The notes beneath the pieces are model-generated. The model was not told the DNA's origin, did no database searches, and was given only the letters and a program-made list of their open reading frames with translations. Below, piece after piece: positions 17,956 to 26,388 of a stretch of 44,783 nt of DNA. The position numbers and the translations under genes were made by a program. Numbering within the stretch: the first letter of the stretch is position 1; every line of letters starts with the position of its first letter. This stretch comes from Candidatus Nealsonbacteria bacterium CG23_combo_of_CG06-09_8_20_14_all_40_13 (lineage in GTDB: Bacteria; Patescibacteriota; UBA1384; UBA12157_A; GCA-002773005), in assembly GCA_002771215.1 (NCBI GenBank), contig PCRM01000025.1:1-44783 (forward strand), read 5' to 3'.

Positions 17956-18373
17956 TTTCCTCCTTGTTTTTAGTTTACCATAAAATCAAGAAATCTATCT
18001 TATGTTGCTACAGCAGATAGAAAGCAGAGAAAAAGGGGACAAAAAGGGGACGGTTCTCTTTTACCCTGGAAATTAGGCTTTTTCAAATTGGCTTCCCGTG
18101 CTGGACACATTTAGAACACGAGATTATTATACTGCCATTATGGATATGTATAAAGAATTTAAGGTTTTTTAGATTTGCTAAATTTAGAGAACAAGATTCG
18201 CGTTTTTTTATAATTTATAAAAAAATATGATTGAAATTAAAAATGGATTGTTTATCCAATGAAATAAAAATCTGTGATTTGAATTAAATATTAATTTGTA
18301 GCATAATTAATTAAAGGGTAAAAACCAGGGAGGGGAAATAAAATTTTTTAAATATCTTTTTATCTTCTATATT

Positions 18374-19666
18374 TTGCTGGCAATCTTTGGTTTTAGTTCA
18401 GGTCGAGCAAAAGCTGATGGTGGGGTGTTCTACCCGCCTGATTATTATGTTAGTGAGACCGGTCAAAAGGCCTTGATTTATTATCAGAATCAAACGGAAA
18501 ACCTTGTTATTTCGACCAGTTTTCAAGGAAACAGTCAAGATTTCGCTTGGGTTATTCCGACACCAAGCAAACCCGAGATCTTTAAATCCAGCGCCAGTAT
18601 TTTCACAACATTAGAAAAAATAACTAAGACCAGTGATGATGCTCTTCCACAAGTTGAGACCATGCCAGCTCTCGGGATTAGTAAATCTGAATCTCCAGTC
18701 CAGGTGATTGAAGAAAAAACAATTGATATTTACGATACGGCTATTTTAAAAGCAACCGACGATAAAGCTTTGGCTCAATGGCTGCAAGATCATGGTTACA
18801 CTTTTCCACAAAACAAAAGTTATATGCTTCAGGATTACATAAATAATAATTGGTATTTTGTGATTGCCAAAATTCAGAATGCCTTGACGCAAAATTCTGG
18901 GATTAAAGAACAGCTTTCAACTGGCACTATTACCCCATTAAGATTACAATTTCAGTCGAGTAAAATAATATACCCGATGAAATTAACACGTCTCGCGCTC
19001 GATTACGCTAAAGAAAATAACCCCGATAAAACAACTAGTGAAGTCAGTTTAAAACGATATTTTCCCGAAATGCAAATTAATTTATATGTGCTGGCTGATT
19101 CAAAAACAATCCAAAATCAACTCGAAACGAATTGGGCCAATTGGATAAATTCGGAAGATATTACCAGCCTTAACAATAGTATTACTGAAGATAATTGGAT
19201 TAAGGGAAACAAGCTATTTTTAACTAAAATGAGCAGTAGTATTAATATCCAAGATGTTGATAATGATTTCTTAATCACCAAAGCAACCAATAACAGCGTC
19301 TATCCAGTTCCGGTTTATACAACCTTTAATTTTTGGCTTTGGAATTTCTTAAGTTTTCTTTTAACCGTTGTGATTGTTATTTTCTCGCCTCTGGGTCTAC
19401 TTTTTATCATTGCCATTATCTTTCAAATGCTGGCGCCAAAAAAACGCTGGCTCTATATTTTTGGTAATATTTATCAAGTGATTGCTTGTTTGATTGTTCT
19501 GATCTTTTCTGCAGTTTTACTTATCGGCATTACCCAGAATAGTAAAAGCTTTTCAGCAATGTTTCTTGAGAGCGGCATAATTGGTTTAACAATTGGTTTA
19601 TTAATATTATTAGCAGCAGGAATTTTCTTGACGGTCAAGATGATCAAAAAATACAAAAAAGTTTAA
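18374..19666 (+). CDS. DUF2330 family secreted/membrane protein (minimal call; probable start further upstream at 18338)
   Basis: GGVFYPP...ETGQKALIYYQNQTENLVISTSFQG..DFAWVIPTPSKPEI matches the DUF2330 pattern. C-terminal TM helices. Confidence 0.6.
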   Translation: MLAIFGFSSGRAKADGGVFYPPDYYVSETGQKALIYYQNQTENLVISTSFQGNSQDFAWVIPTPSKPEIFKSSASIFTTLEKITKTSDDALPQVETMPALGISKSESPVQVIEEKTIDIYDTAILKATDDKALAQWLQDHGYTFPQNKSYMLQDYINNNWYFVIAKIQNALTQNSGIKEQLSTGTITPLRLQFQSSKIIYPMKLTRLALDYAKENNPDKTTSEVSLKRYFPEMQINLYVLADSKTIQNQLETNWANWINSEDITSLNNSITEDNWIKGNKLFLTKMSSSINIQDVDNDFLITKATNNSVYPVPVYTTFNFWLWNFLSFLLTVVIVIFSPLGLLFIIAIIFQMLAPKKRWLYIFGNIYQVIACLIVLIFSAVLLIGITQNSKSFSAMFLESGIIGLTIGLLILLAAGIFLTVKMIKKYKKV

Positions 19667-19704
19667 AGTGCTAACAAAGGTTTTTAGTAAATCTAAGAAA
19701 ATAA

Positions 19705-19737
19705 GAAAATAGCCATTTTCAGGCTATTTTCTTTAAA
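19705..19737. terminator. bidirectional intrinsic terminator
   Basis: Perfect 10-bp stem gaaaatagcc/ggctattttc with a 7-nt loop and T-rich tails on both strands. It sits between the DUF2330 gene (+) and tRNA-Gln (-). Confidence 0.7.
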
Positions 19738-19747
19738 TTAACAGGTT

Positions 19748-19821
19748 TGGCTCCGGGGCTTGGATTCGGACCAAGATTGACGGCTCCAAAGGCCGCTGTC
19801 CTACCGTTAGACGACCCCGGA
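19748..19821 (-). tRNA. tRNA-Gln (anticodon UUG), CCA encoded
   Basis: Folded by hand into a cloverleaf: acceptor TCCGGGG/CCCCGGA with U1-A72 and G73, anticodon loop CTTTGGA, T arm CTTGG-TCCGAAT-CCAAG, 3' CCA. Confidence 0.9.
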
Positions 19822-19878
19822 ATATATTTAAATTATATCTGGTCTCTTACTATTTTTCAAGATAAGAAATGCCGGTTT

Positions 19879-21516
19879 TCATTTGAGTGCTGTTTTAATC
19901 AGTCCATCAAATAACGGATGAGCGCGGTTGGGGCGGGATTTGAACTCGGGATGGGCTTGGGTGGCAATAAAATAAGGATGAATTTTTTGCGGCAGTTCAA
20001 TAATTTCCACCAATTTTTTATTTCGAGCAAAGCGAGAAAAAACGAAGTTATTTGGTGATATACCCGAAAAAATTAAGCCGTTTTTTTGTAGTATTTGATG
20101 ATATTTGGGATTGACTTCGTAGCGGTGACGGTGGCGCTCGAAAATAGACTGGAGACGTGAGACATGAGATAGAGAAGGAAAATACAAGCGGGCGGCCAGG
20201 GAGCCGGGTTTTAATTTAGCCGGATATTGGCCAAGTCGCATAGTGCCGCCTTTTTTAGCGATATGTCTTTGTTCTGGCAGATAATCAATTATTGGATATT
20301 TTGTTTTGGGGTTAAATTCAGTGCTATTGGCGCCTTTAAGACGACAGACATCTCTGCCAAACTCAATTACGGCGCACTGCAGTCCCAAACACAGTCCTAA
20401 AAACGGAATTTTATTTTCTCGCGCGTATTTAATTGCCGTTATTTTACCTTCGATGCCGCGAATGCCAAATCCGCCCGGCACCACTATAGCATCTATCTTT
20501 TTGAGTACTGCTTGAAGATTATTTTTTTCCGAATCCACTGGAATAATTTCAATTTTGGCTAAATTTTGGATAGCAGCGTGCTTTAGTGCTTCGACGACCG
20601 ACAAATAAGCATCCGGATGATGAAGATATTTGCCGACCATCGCGACTCTTATCGTGGCTTTTGGATTTTCTATTTTCCCAATTATTTTCTGCCATTGTGA
20701 CAAATTAACCTTCTTATTTTTCCAGCCAAAAAATTGACAAATCTGGGTGCCTAATTTTTCTTTTTCCAAATTGATGGGAATTTGATACAAAGAGCCAGCA
20801 TCAATTGCTTGAATTATTCTTTCTTGTCTGACGGACGTAAATAAAGAAATTTTATTGCGATGTTCTTGGGTAATCGGCCTTTTACATCGGCAGATTAAAA
20901 AATCCGGCTGCAGGCCCAACCCCCGCAGCATCTGCACCGATTGCTGAATTGGTTTTGTTTTGGCTTCATCTGATGGATAAACATAATCTATCTTTACAAC
21001 GTGGATACATAGGAAATCAGATGGATTAATCTCTTGTTTAAGTTGTCTAATTGCCTCGATAAATGGCAACGCCTCAATATCACCGACAGTGCCGCCAATT
21101 TCAACCAAGACCACATCAACCCCTTTCGAGGCATTTTTGATTCTTTTTTTAATTTCATCAGTTACGTGGGGGATAATTTGGATGGTATTGCCTAAGAATT
21201 CGCCAACGCGCTCCTGCGCCGTCACGGTCTGGTAAACGGCTCCGGTAGTAAAATTAGAAGCTTGGGTTAAATTTTGATCAATAAACCTTTCATAATGGCC
21301 CAAATCCAAATCAGTTTCCGCCCCGTCATCGGTGACAAAAACCTCGCCATGCTGAAACGGGTTCATTGTGCCGGCATCCTGATTAAGGTAGGGATCAATT
21401 TTGACCGGAATAACTTTCAGGCCGCGTGACTTTAGAAGCAGACCTAAAGAAGCAACGGTAATACCCTTGCCAATGCCCGAAACAATGCCGCCGGTGACAA
21501 AAATAAATTTACTCAC
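19879..21516 (-). CDS. pyrG: CTP synthase
   Basis: MSKFIFVTGGIVSGIGKGITVASLG and the glutamine amidotransferase motif GLCLGLQ. GTG start with GGAGG 5 nt upstream, overlapping the upstream gene by 8 nt. Confidence 0.95.
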   Translation of the reverse strand: MSKFIFVTGGIVSGIGKGITVASLGLLLKSRGLKVIPVKIDPYLNQDAGTMNPFQHGEVFVTDDGAETDLDLGHYERFIDQNLTQASNFTTGAVYQTVTAQERVGEFLGNTIQIIPHVTDEIKKRIKNASKGVDVVLVEIGGTVGDIEALPFIEAIRQLKQEINPSDFLCIHVVKIDYVYPSDEAKTKPIQQSVQMLRGLGLQPDFLICRCKRPITQEHRNKISLFTSVRQERIIQAIDAGSLYQIPINLEKEKLGTQICQFFGWKNKKVNLSQWQKIIGKIENPKATIRVAMVGKYLHHPDAYLSVVEALKHAAIQNLAKIEIIPVDSEKNNLQAVLKKIDAIVVPGGFGIRGIEGKITAIKYARENKIPFLGLCLGLQCAVIEFGRDVCRLKGANSTEFNPKTKYPIIDYLPEQRHIAKKGGTMRLGQYPAKLKPGSLAARLYFPSLSHVSRLQSIFERHRHRYEVNPKYHQILQKNGLIFSGISPNNFVFSRFARNKKLVEIIELPQKIHPYFIATQAHPEFKSRPNRAHPLFDGLIKTALK

Positions 21517-22366
21517 TGCGTCCTCCGCAGTCTTGGTCGGAGGAGGGTTTCAATTTAAAATTGGCTACTAAATAACCCACTCCAAATGGTCCTTCGTAGG
21601 ATAGAATTTCGGGTGTATATCTTTCCTCATCCAAAGCGCCCAGCAAAATTAAAATTGACCGATAGCCACATTCACCGGCTTCTTCCACAAAATCCTCATC
21701 CAAATCTAAAATTTCGGCTGTTTTCTTTTGCTTTAACAACGAAATTAATTTTTGGTCAAATTTTTCGCCGACGGGAGAAAAACCAGCCGGTGCCTGAAAA
21801 ATAAGACGATGGGATAAATCGCCGGAGGCGATGATGGCAACGCGCTTTTCTTCACTTTTGTCAAGGTTGTTAATAACATCAGAAATTGCCTGTCCGAAAG
21901 AAAAATGTGAAGCGCGCGAAAGTAGCGAATAGGCGATTGGCACAACTTTCACTGAATGCTCTAATTTTTTGGTTAAAAAATATAAAGGAACAATTACGCC
22001 GTGGTCAAGTTCGTAAAAATCTACTCGATTATCATAAAGCAGTGTTTCAATTCCTTCTTTATTAGCCGTTTCATCCAAAACCTTGGCAAAATCCAAATCG
22101 TTTTTAAATTTAAAAGAAACTTGCGGGGTGTTAAAATTGGTCAAGTCACCACGCAGATTTTCCATCCCGCAGACATTGAATCTGTCTGGATAAACCAGAC
22201 CGTGAGGAGAAATGACTATCAAAGTATCGGGATCGGATTTGGCTAAATCTTCAGCCAGTTTTTCCATGGCCAAAATTGTCTTTTTGACCTTTTTTGTTTC
22301 CGCTCCACCAACTTCTGGCACAATAATCGGCGGATGGGGAGTTAGGGCGGCAAAAACTAAAGGCAT
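21509..22366 (-). CDS. LigB/Memo-superfamily (class III extradiol dioxygenase subunit B-like) protein
   Basis: MPLVFAALTPHPPIIVPEVGG, VISPHG and IIASGDLSHRL are typical of the LigB-like domain that is elsewhere fused or linked to AMMECR1. Confidence 0.7.
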   Translation of the reverse strand: MPLVFAALTPHPPIIVPEVGGAETKKVKKTILAMEKLAEDLAKSDPDTLIVISPHGLVYPDRFNVCGMENLRGDLTNFNTPQVSFKFKNDLDFAKVLDETANKEGIETLLYDNRVDFYELDHGVIVPLYFLTKKLEHSVKVVPIAYSLLSRASHFSFGQAISDVINNLDKSEEKRVAIIASGDLSHRLIFQAPAGFSPVGEKFDQKLISLLKQKKTAEILDLDEDFVEEAGECGYRSILILLGALDEERYTPEILSYEGPFGVGYLVANFKLKPSSDQDCGGRSE

Positions 22367-22438
22367 GTTCCCTCGCTTCGCTCGGTCAAATTAATATCTT
22401 AAATCTCAAAACTAAAAACTAAATATAATTCCAACTTC

Positions 22439-22467
22439 ATTGTAGAAGATGTTTAAAATATTGACAA
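22439..22467 (-). promoter_or_regulatory. sigma70-like promoter for the LigB-like/pyrG transcription unit
   Basis: On the minus strand: TTGTCA (22467..22462), 17-nt spacer, TACAAT (22444..22439). Confidence 0.5.
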
Positions 22468-22506
22468 ATAAAACTATTTTTATTTTTTGAGAACAAAATG
22501 TTATCT

Positions 22507-23556
22507 TTATAATCTAATGTTTAGATCTTCGCCACAATTTTTACAAAAACCCTTTTGACTTTTGATTTTTAAATTTTGAATTTTAATATTGTAGTTCTCA
22601 CGGTGAATGATTTCTTGGCCGCATTTTGGACAGAAAGTGGACTCTTTTTCTGTGTTAAAAACATTGCCTAAATAGACGAATTTTAAACCTGCTTTTTTGC
22701 CGATTTGGTAGGCCTTTTCTAAAGTTTCAACAGGTGTCGGCGGAAGATTTAAAAGTTGGTAAGCGGGGAAAAAACGGCTGATATGCCAAGGCGTATTCTC
22801 GCCTAAATATTTTTTAATAAATTGGGCAATTTGGGTCAATTCTTTTTTGCTGTCATTGATGGCCGGAATAATTAAGGTAGTCACTTCTAAATGAATACCC
22901 AATTTTTTAATTGTTTTTAAACTTTCTAAGACCGGCTGCAGCCGACCGCCACAATATTTCCGGTAAGTTTCGTCTTTAAAAGCTTTCAAATCCACATTGA
23001 TAGCATCAAGGTAAGGTGCGACTAATGTCAAAGCTTCTTTGGACGAATAACCATCGGAAACCCAGATATTTTTAAGTCCTTCCTTTTTAGCCAATTTCAT
23101 CGTATCTAAAGCATATTCTAAAAATATGGCTGGTTCGGTGTAGGTGTAAGAAATGCTTTGGCATTTTTCAGCTATTGCATCTTGGACAATTTTTTGCGGC
23201 GACAGTTCAAATCCTTCAATTTGTTTGTCAGGTTTAGGAGCTTGGGAAATTTGCCAATTCTGGCACCATTTGCATTGGAACGGACAGCCAACCGTGGCGA
23301 TAGACAAAGAAAATGTGCCCGGCATAAAATGAAATAATGGTTTTTTTTCAATCGGGTCAACATTTTCAGCGACTGCTTGACCATAAACTAAAGAATATAT
23401 TTTAGCATTCCTATTCTCGCGCGTGCCACAAATACCCCTCTGGGGCGGTGCCCCTCTTTTGCCAGGCGAAATTAAACAATAATGATTACAAGTCAGACAG
23501 CGGACAGCCCCCTTTGGTTTTTTTAGTTTTTGATATAAGCAAGCTTCTCTTAACAT
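22507..23556 (-). CDS. AmmeMemoRadiSam system radical SAM enzyme
   Basis: VDPIEKKPLFHFMPGTFSLSIATVGCPFQCKWCQNWQISQ carries CxxxCxxC. There is an N-terminal Cys cluster and a C-terminal CPKCG...CKNCG zinc ribbon. Confidence 0.85.
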   Translation of the reverse strand: MLREACLYQKLKKPKGAVRCLTCNHYCLISPGKRGAPPQRGICGTRENRNAKIYSLVYGQAVAENVDPIEKKPLFHFMPGTFSLSIATVGCPFQCKWCQNWQISQAPKPDKQIEGFELSPQKIVQDAIAEKCQSISYTYTEPAIFLEYALDTMKLAKKEGLKNIWVSDGYSSKEALTLVAPYLDAINVDLKAFKDETYRKYCGGRLQPVLESLKTIKKLGIHLEVTTLIIPAINDSKKELTQIAQFIKKYLGENTPWHISRFFPAYQLLNLPPTPVETLEKAYQIGKKAGLKFVYLGNVFNTEKESTFCPKCGQEIIHRENYNIKIQNLKIKSQKGFCKNCGEDLNIRL

Positions 23557-23610
23557 TACTTTTATTATAACATTCGTGGTGATAAGATAAAGCAGAGTTC
23601 CAATTCAAAA

Positions 23611-24246
23611 ATGATTTTTCAAAACAGAATTGATGCTGGCCAAAAATTAGCCAAAGCCCTCAAAGAAAAATTGCCAGAGTCGGATTTAAAAAAGGCGATT
23701 GTTTTGGCATTGCCGCGAGGGGGCGTAGTCGTTGGTGGCCAACTGGCTCAAATTTTAAAAATTCCTTTAGATGTCATAATTACTCGAAAAATCGGCGCTC
23801 CCGGCAACCCGGAATTTGCAATTGGCGCCGTTGGATTAAAATCTAACTCCATTTTTAATCAGGAAGTTATCGCATCTTATGGTATTTCAAGAGATTATTT
23901 AGAGAAGGAAATTAAGAAAGAAAAATTAGAAATAATGCGGCGATATGATTTGTATCGCCGGGGCAAACCGCCATTAAATTTAAGAAATAAAGTTGCTATC
24001 GTAACCGACGATGGAATTGCTACGGGTGCAACCATGCAGGCAGCAATTTTAGAAATTAAATTACAAAAACCAGCCAAGATCATTTTAGCGGTTCCGGTTG
24101 CTCCCCCAGAATCTATTGATACTTTAAAAGCGGCCGTTGATGAAGTAGTTTGTTTGGAAACTTCCGAACCCTTCTTTGCCATCGGTAATTTTTACCAAAA
24201 TTTTCAACAGACCGAAGACAAAGAAGTTATTGAAATATTAAGCTAA
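23611..24246 (+). CDS. phosphoribosyltransferase family protein
   Basis: PRPP-binding loop VAIVTDDGIATGATMQAA. The N-terminal FQNRIDAGQKLAKAL pattern fits the predicted-PRTase family. Confidence 0.8.
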   Translation: MIFQNRIDAGQKLAKALKEKLPESDLKKAIVLALPRGGVVVGGQLAQILKIPLDVIITRKIGAPGNPEFAIGAVGLKSNSIFNQEVIASYGISRDYLEKEIKKEKLEIMRRYDLYRRGKPPLNLRNKVAIVTDDGIATGATMQAAILEIKLQKPAKIILAVPVAPPESIDTLKAAVDEVVCLETSEPFFAIGNFYQNFQQTEDKEVIEILS

Positions 24247-24263
24247 ATTAGCACTGAATGAAA

Positions 24264-24854
24264 TCATTTAATTAGACCAAAATATGAGAACGGAACAACA
24301 GCAAACCAGGCTTTACCTATAATGTTAATTTTTGGTACAGTACCCCAGGCACGTGAGTCAGAAGAGCCAGAACGATTATCTCCCATAACAAAGTATTCAT
24401 CTTTTTTTAAAGTTATATCTAAAATAGCGTTGTCGCCAACAGATGTTTTTTGACCAAATTGGAGATATTTCTCGTCTAATTTTGTACCGTTGATATAAAC
24501 TTGTCCGTCTTTAATCTCTAAATGTTCATATGGGAGGCCAATGATTCTTTTAATAAAATCAAGACTTGGATCCAGAGGATATTTAAAAATAATTACATTA
24601 TTTCTTGCTGGTGAACTAAACAAGAAACTTGTTTTATTGACTAGTAAATATTCTTTATCCTGGAAATTGGGTTGCATTGAGGGACCGTCGACAACAAATG
24701 GTTGAATGACAACGTATCTGACAATAAATGCAATTATTAATAATACTAAAAAGCCTCTAAAAATTTCCCATAACCCTTTAAACGTTGCTTTAATGGATTG
24801 AATAAATGGATTTTCCGGTTTTTGGTTTATTGGGCAATTTGGTTTATCAAACAA
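24264..24854 (-). CDS. lepB: signal peptidase I
   Basis: VVDGPSMQPNF contains the catalytic Ser; also KRIIGLP and GDNRSGSSDSR. TTG start with AAGGAG 4 nt upstream. Confidence 0.9.
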   Translation of the reverse strand: MFDKPNCPINQKPENPFIQSIKATFKGLWEIFRGFLVLLIIAFIVRYVVIQPFVVDGPSMQPNFQDKEYLLVNKTSFLFSSPARNNVIIFKYPLDPSLDFIKRIIGLPYEHLEIKDGQVYINGTKLDEKYLQFGQKTSVGDNAILDITLKKDEYFVMGDNRSGSSDSRAWGTVPKINIIGKAWFAVVPFSYFGLIK

Positions 24855-24891
24855 AATGCTCCTTCATAGTGGACGATGCAGGATTCGTTAG

Positions 24892-24964
24892 TGCGCGTGC
24901 CTGGATTCGAACCAGGGACCTTACGGATGTGAACCGCACGCTCTAACCTCTGAGCTACACGCGC
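24892..24964 (-). tRNA. tRNA-Val (anticodon CAC), CCA not encoded
   Basis: Folded by hand: acceptor GCGCGTG/CACGCGC, A73, D arm GCTC/GAGC, anticodon loop TTCACAT, T arm CCTGG-TTCGAAT-CCAGG. Confidence 0.9.
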
Positions 24965-24996
24965 CCATCATTGTACTTATTTACATTTTATCAAAC

Positions 24997-25025
24997 TTGA
25001 CAATCCTTGGCAATTTTAAGATAAT
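24997..25025 (+). promoter_or_regulatory. consensus-like promoter abutting the TrkA-N gene ATG
   Basis: TTGACA (24997-25002), 17-nt spacer, GATAAT (25020-25025). The ATG at 25033 is 7 nt after the -10 element. Confidence 0.5.
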
Positions 25026-25032
25026 AAAACTG

Positions 25033-25590
25033 ATGAGAGATTTTTTTTCCAATACTTTTTTTATCGTAACAATTGCAATTTCAGCGACAATTATAACTTT
25101 AACTTATCTTATTTCATTTCGTACAAGGATTTGGGAAAGTTTTTTAAGGAGGAAAATGGAAAAAGAAATTGCCAGCTTAAAAGGACATTATATTCTGTGT
25201 GGATTAGGAAGGGTTGGGCATCAAATCGCCGCCGAACTTATGAAAGCCAAAGTGCCTTTCGTCGTTATTGACAGAGAAGATAAAAGCGAATTGTGCCGAA
25301 AGTCAAAATACCTTTACATTAACGCCGACGCCGCAAGAGATGATGGCGCATTTAGACAAGCTGAAATTGCCAAAGCTAAAGCGGTTATTATCGCCGCCGG
25401 TGATGATGCCGATTGTGTATTTATGGCAGTGGCGGCCCGCTCCATCAATCCAAGTATTAATCTAATTGCTCGAGCTTCTTCTCATGAAGGTGCGGACAAA
25501 TTGCGCAAACTTGGCGTCAATAAGATTTCTATGCCCCATATAATCGGCGGCAAGCACATGGCCGACTTGGCTTTAGGCAAAGAATCATAA
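25033..25590 (+). CDS. TrkA-N (RCK) NAD-binding domain protein with one N-terminal TM helix
   Basis: HYILCGLGRVGHQIAAELMKAKVPFVVIDRE Rossmann motif. ATG 25033 is preferred over the TTG at 24997, which is the -35 hexamer itself. Confidence 0.8.
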   Translation: MRDFFSNTFFIVTIAISATIITLTYLISFRTRIWESFLRRKMEKEIASLKGHYILCGLGRVGHQIAAELMKAKVPFVVIDREDKSELCRKSKYLYINADAARDDGAFRQAEIAKAKAVIIAAGDDADCVFMAVAARSINPSINLIARASSHEGADKLRKLGVNKISMPHIIGGKHMADLALGKES

Positions 25591-25620
25591 TTTTTGAAAC
25601 AAATCTAGGATGGAGCGCTA

Positions 25621-25947
25621 ATGGATGGCAGATTAATCAAAAAAGTAAAAAGGCAACTTTCGGCTCAGCAAAAAAGGGTTGAGAAAGAACTTACGAAAAG
25701 CAAAAAATTTCCTGAATATGGTAACTCTGAAGAGGATAATACGCAGGAAGTTGAGGAATACGGGGAAAACATTGGTTTGGAAAAAAAATTGAGAACTCTT
25801 TTAAAAGATATTAATAAAGCTTTAAATAAACTCGCAAAGGGGACATACGGCGTTTGCGAAATTTGTAAAAGTCCTATTGAACAGGGGAGATTAAAGATTT
25901 ATCCGGCGGCCAGCGTTTGTTCTGAATGCGCATCCAAGAAAAAATAA
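25621..25947 (+). CDS. DksA/TraR family C4-type zinc finger protein
   Basis: CEICKSPIEQGRLKIYPAASVCSEC (CxxC-x17-CxxC), preceded by a coiled-coil region. Confidence 0.8.
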   Translation: MDGRLIKKVKRQLSAQQKRVEKELTKSKKFPEYGNSEEDNTQEVEEYGENIGLEKKLRTLLKDINKALNKLAKGTYGVCEICKSPIEQGRLKIYPAASVCSECASKKK

Positions 25948-26001
25948 GAACCCCTGATGATTATCGGGGAACCTTGTTTTTCTCACTTTCGTTTAGAAAA
26001 A

Positions 26002-26388
26002 ATGAAAAATATATTGGTAGTTTGGTATGTGGCAATATTGGTAGTTTTAGATCAGCTCTCCAAATTTTTAATTGCCCATTTTTACCCAGGTTTAATCGTT
26101 CAAAATAAAGCAATGTTTTTCGGACTAGCTAATGTGCCTTTTTCTTTGGTTATATCTGTAATAATATTGGTTATTTTTATCGCCTATGCTAAATATTTTT
26201 TGCAGCTGAATTTTTTTGTTTTTGCTTTAATCTTTGCAGGCGCATCATCCAATATACTAGACAGAGTTTTCAGAGGGGCCATTTACGATTTTATTCCCTT
26301 TTTCTCAATTTCATACATAAATTTAGCAGATTTGATGATTTTTTCTGGTCTTATAATTTATTTAATTAGCGTCTTGAAACAAAATTAG
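26002..26388 (+). CDS. lspA: lipoprotein signal peptidase (signal peptidase II)
   Basis: LDQLSKF, ASSNILDRVFRGAIYDFI, INLADLMIF. The ATG at 26002 (MKNILVV) is preferred. Confidence 0.85.
   Translation: MKNILVVWYVAILVVLDQLSKFLIAHFYPGLIVQNKAMFFGLANVPFSLVISVIILVIFIAYAKYFLQLNFFVFALIFAGASSNILDRVFRGAIYDFIPFFSISYINLADLMIFSGLIIYLISVLKQN

Noticed and set aside
17956-18373. AT-rich 400-bp divergent intergenic region as a possible oriC
   Set aside because: It contains only degenerate DnaA-box-like 9-mers (7/9 matches such as TTATCCAAT and TATGGATAT) and no dnaA or dnaN nearby. It is more simply a divergent promoter region. The GGGGAC-AAAAA-GGGGAC direct repeat there is too short to interpret.
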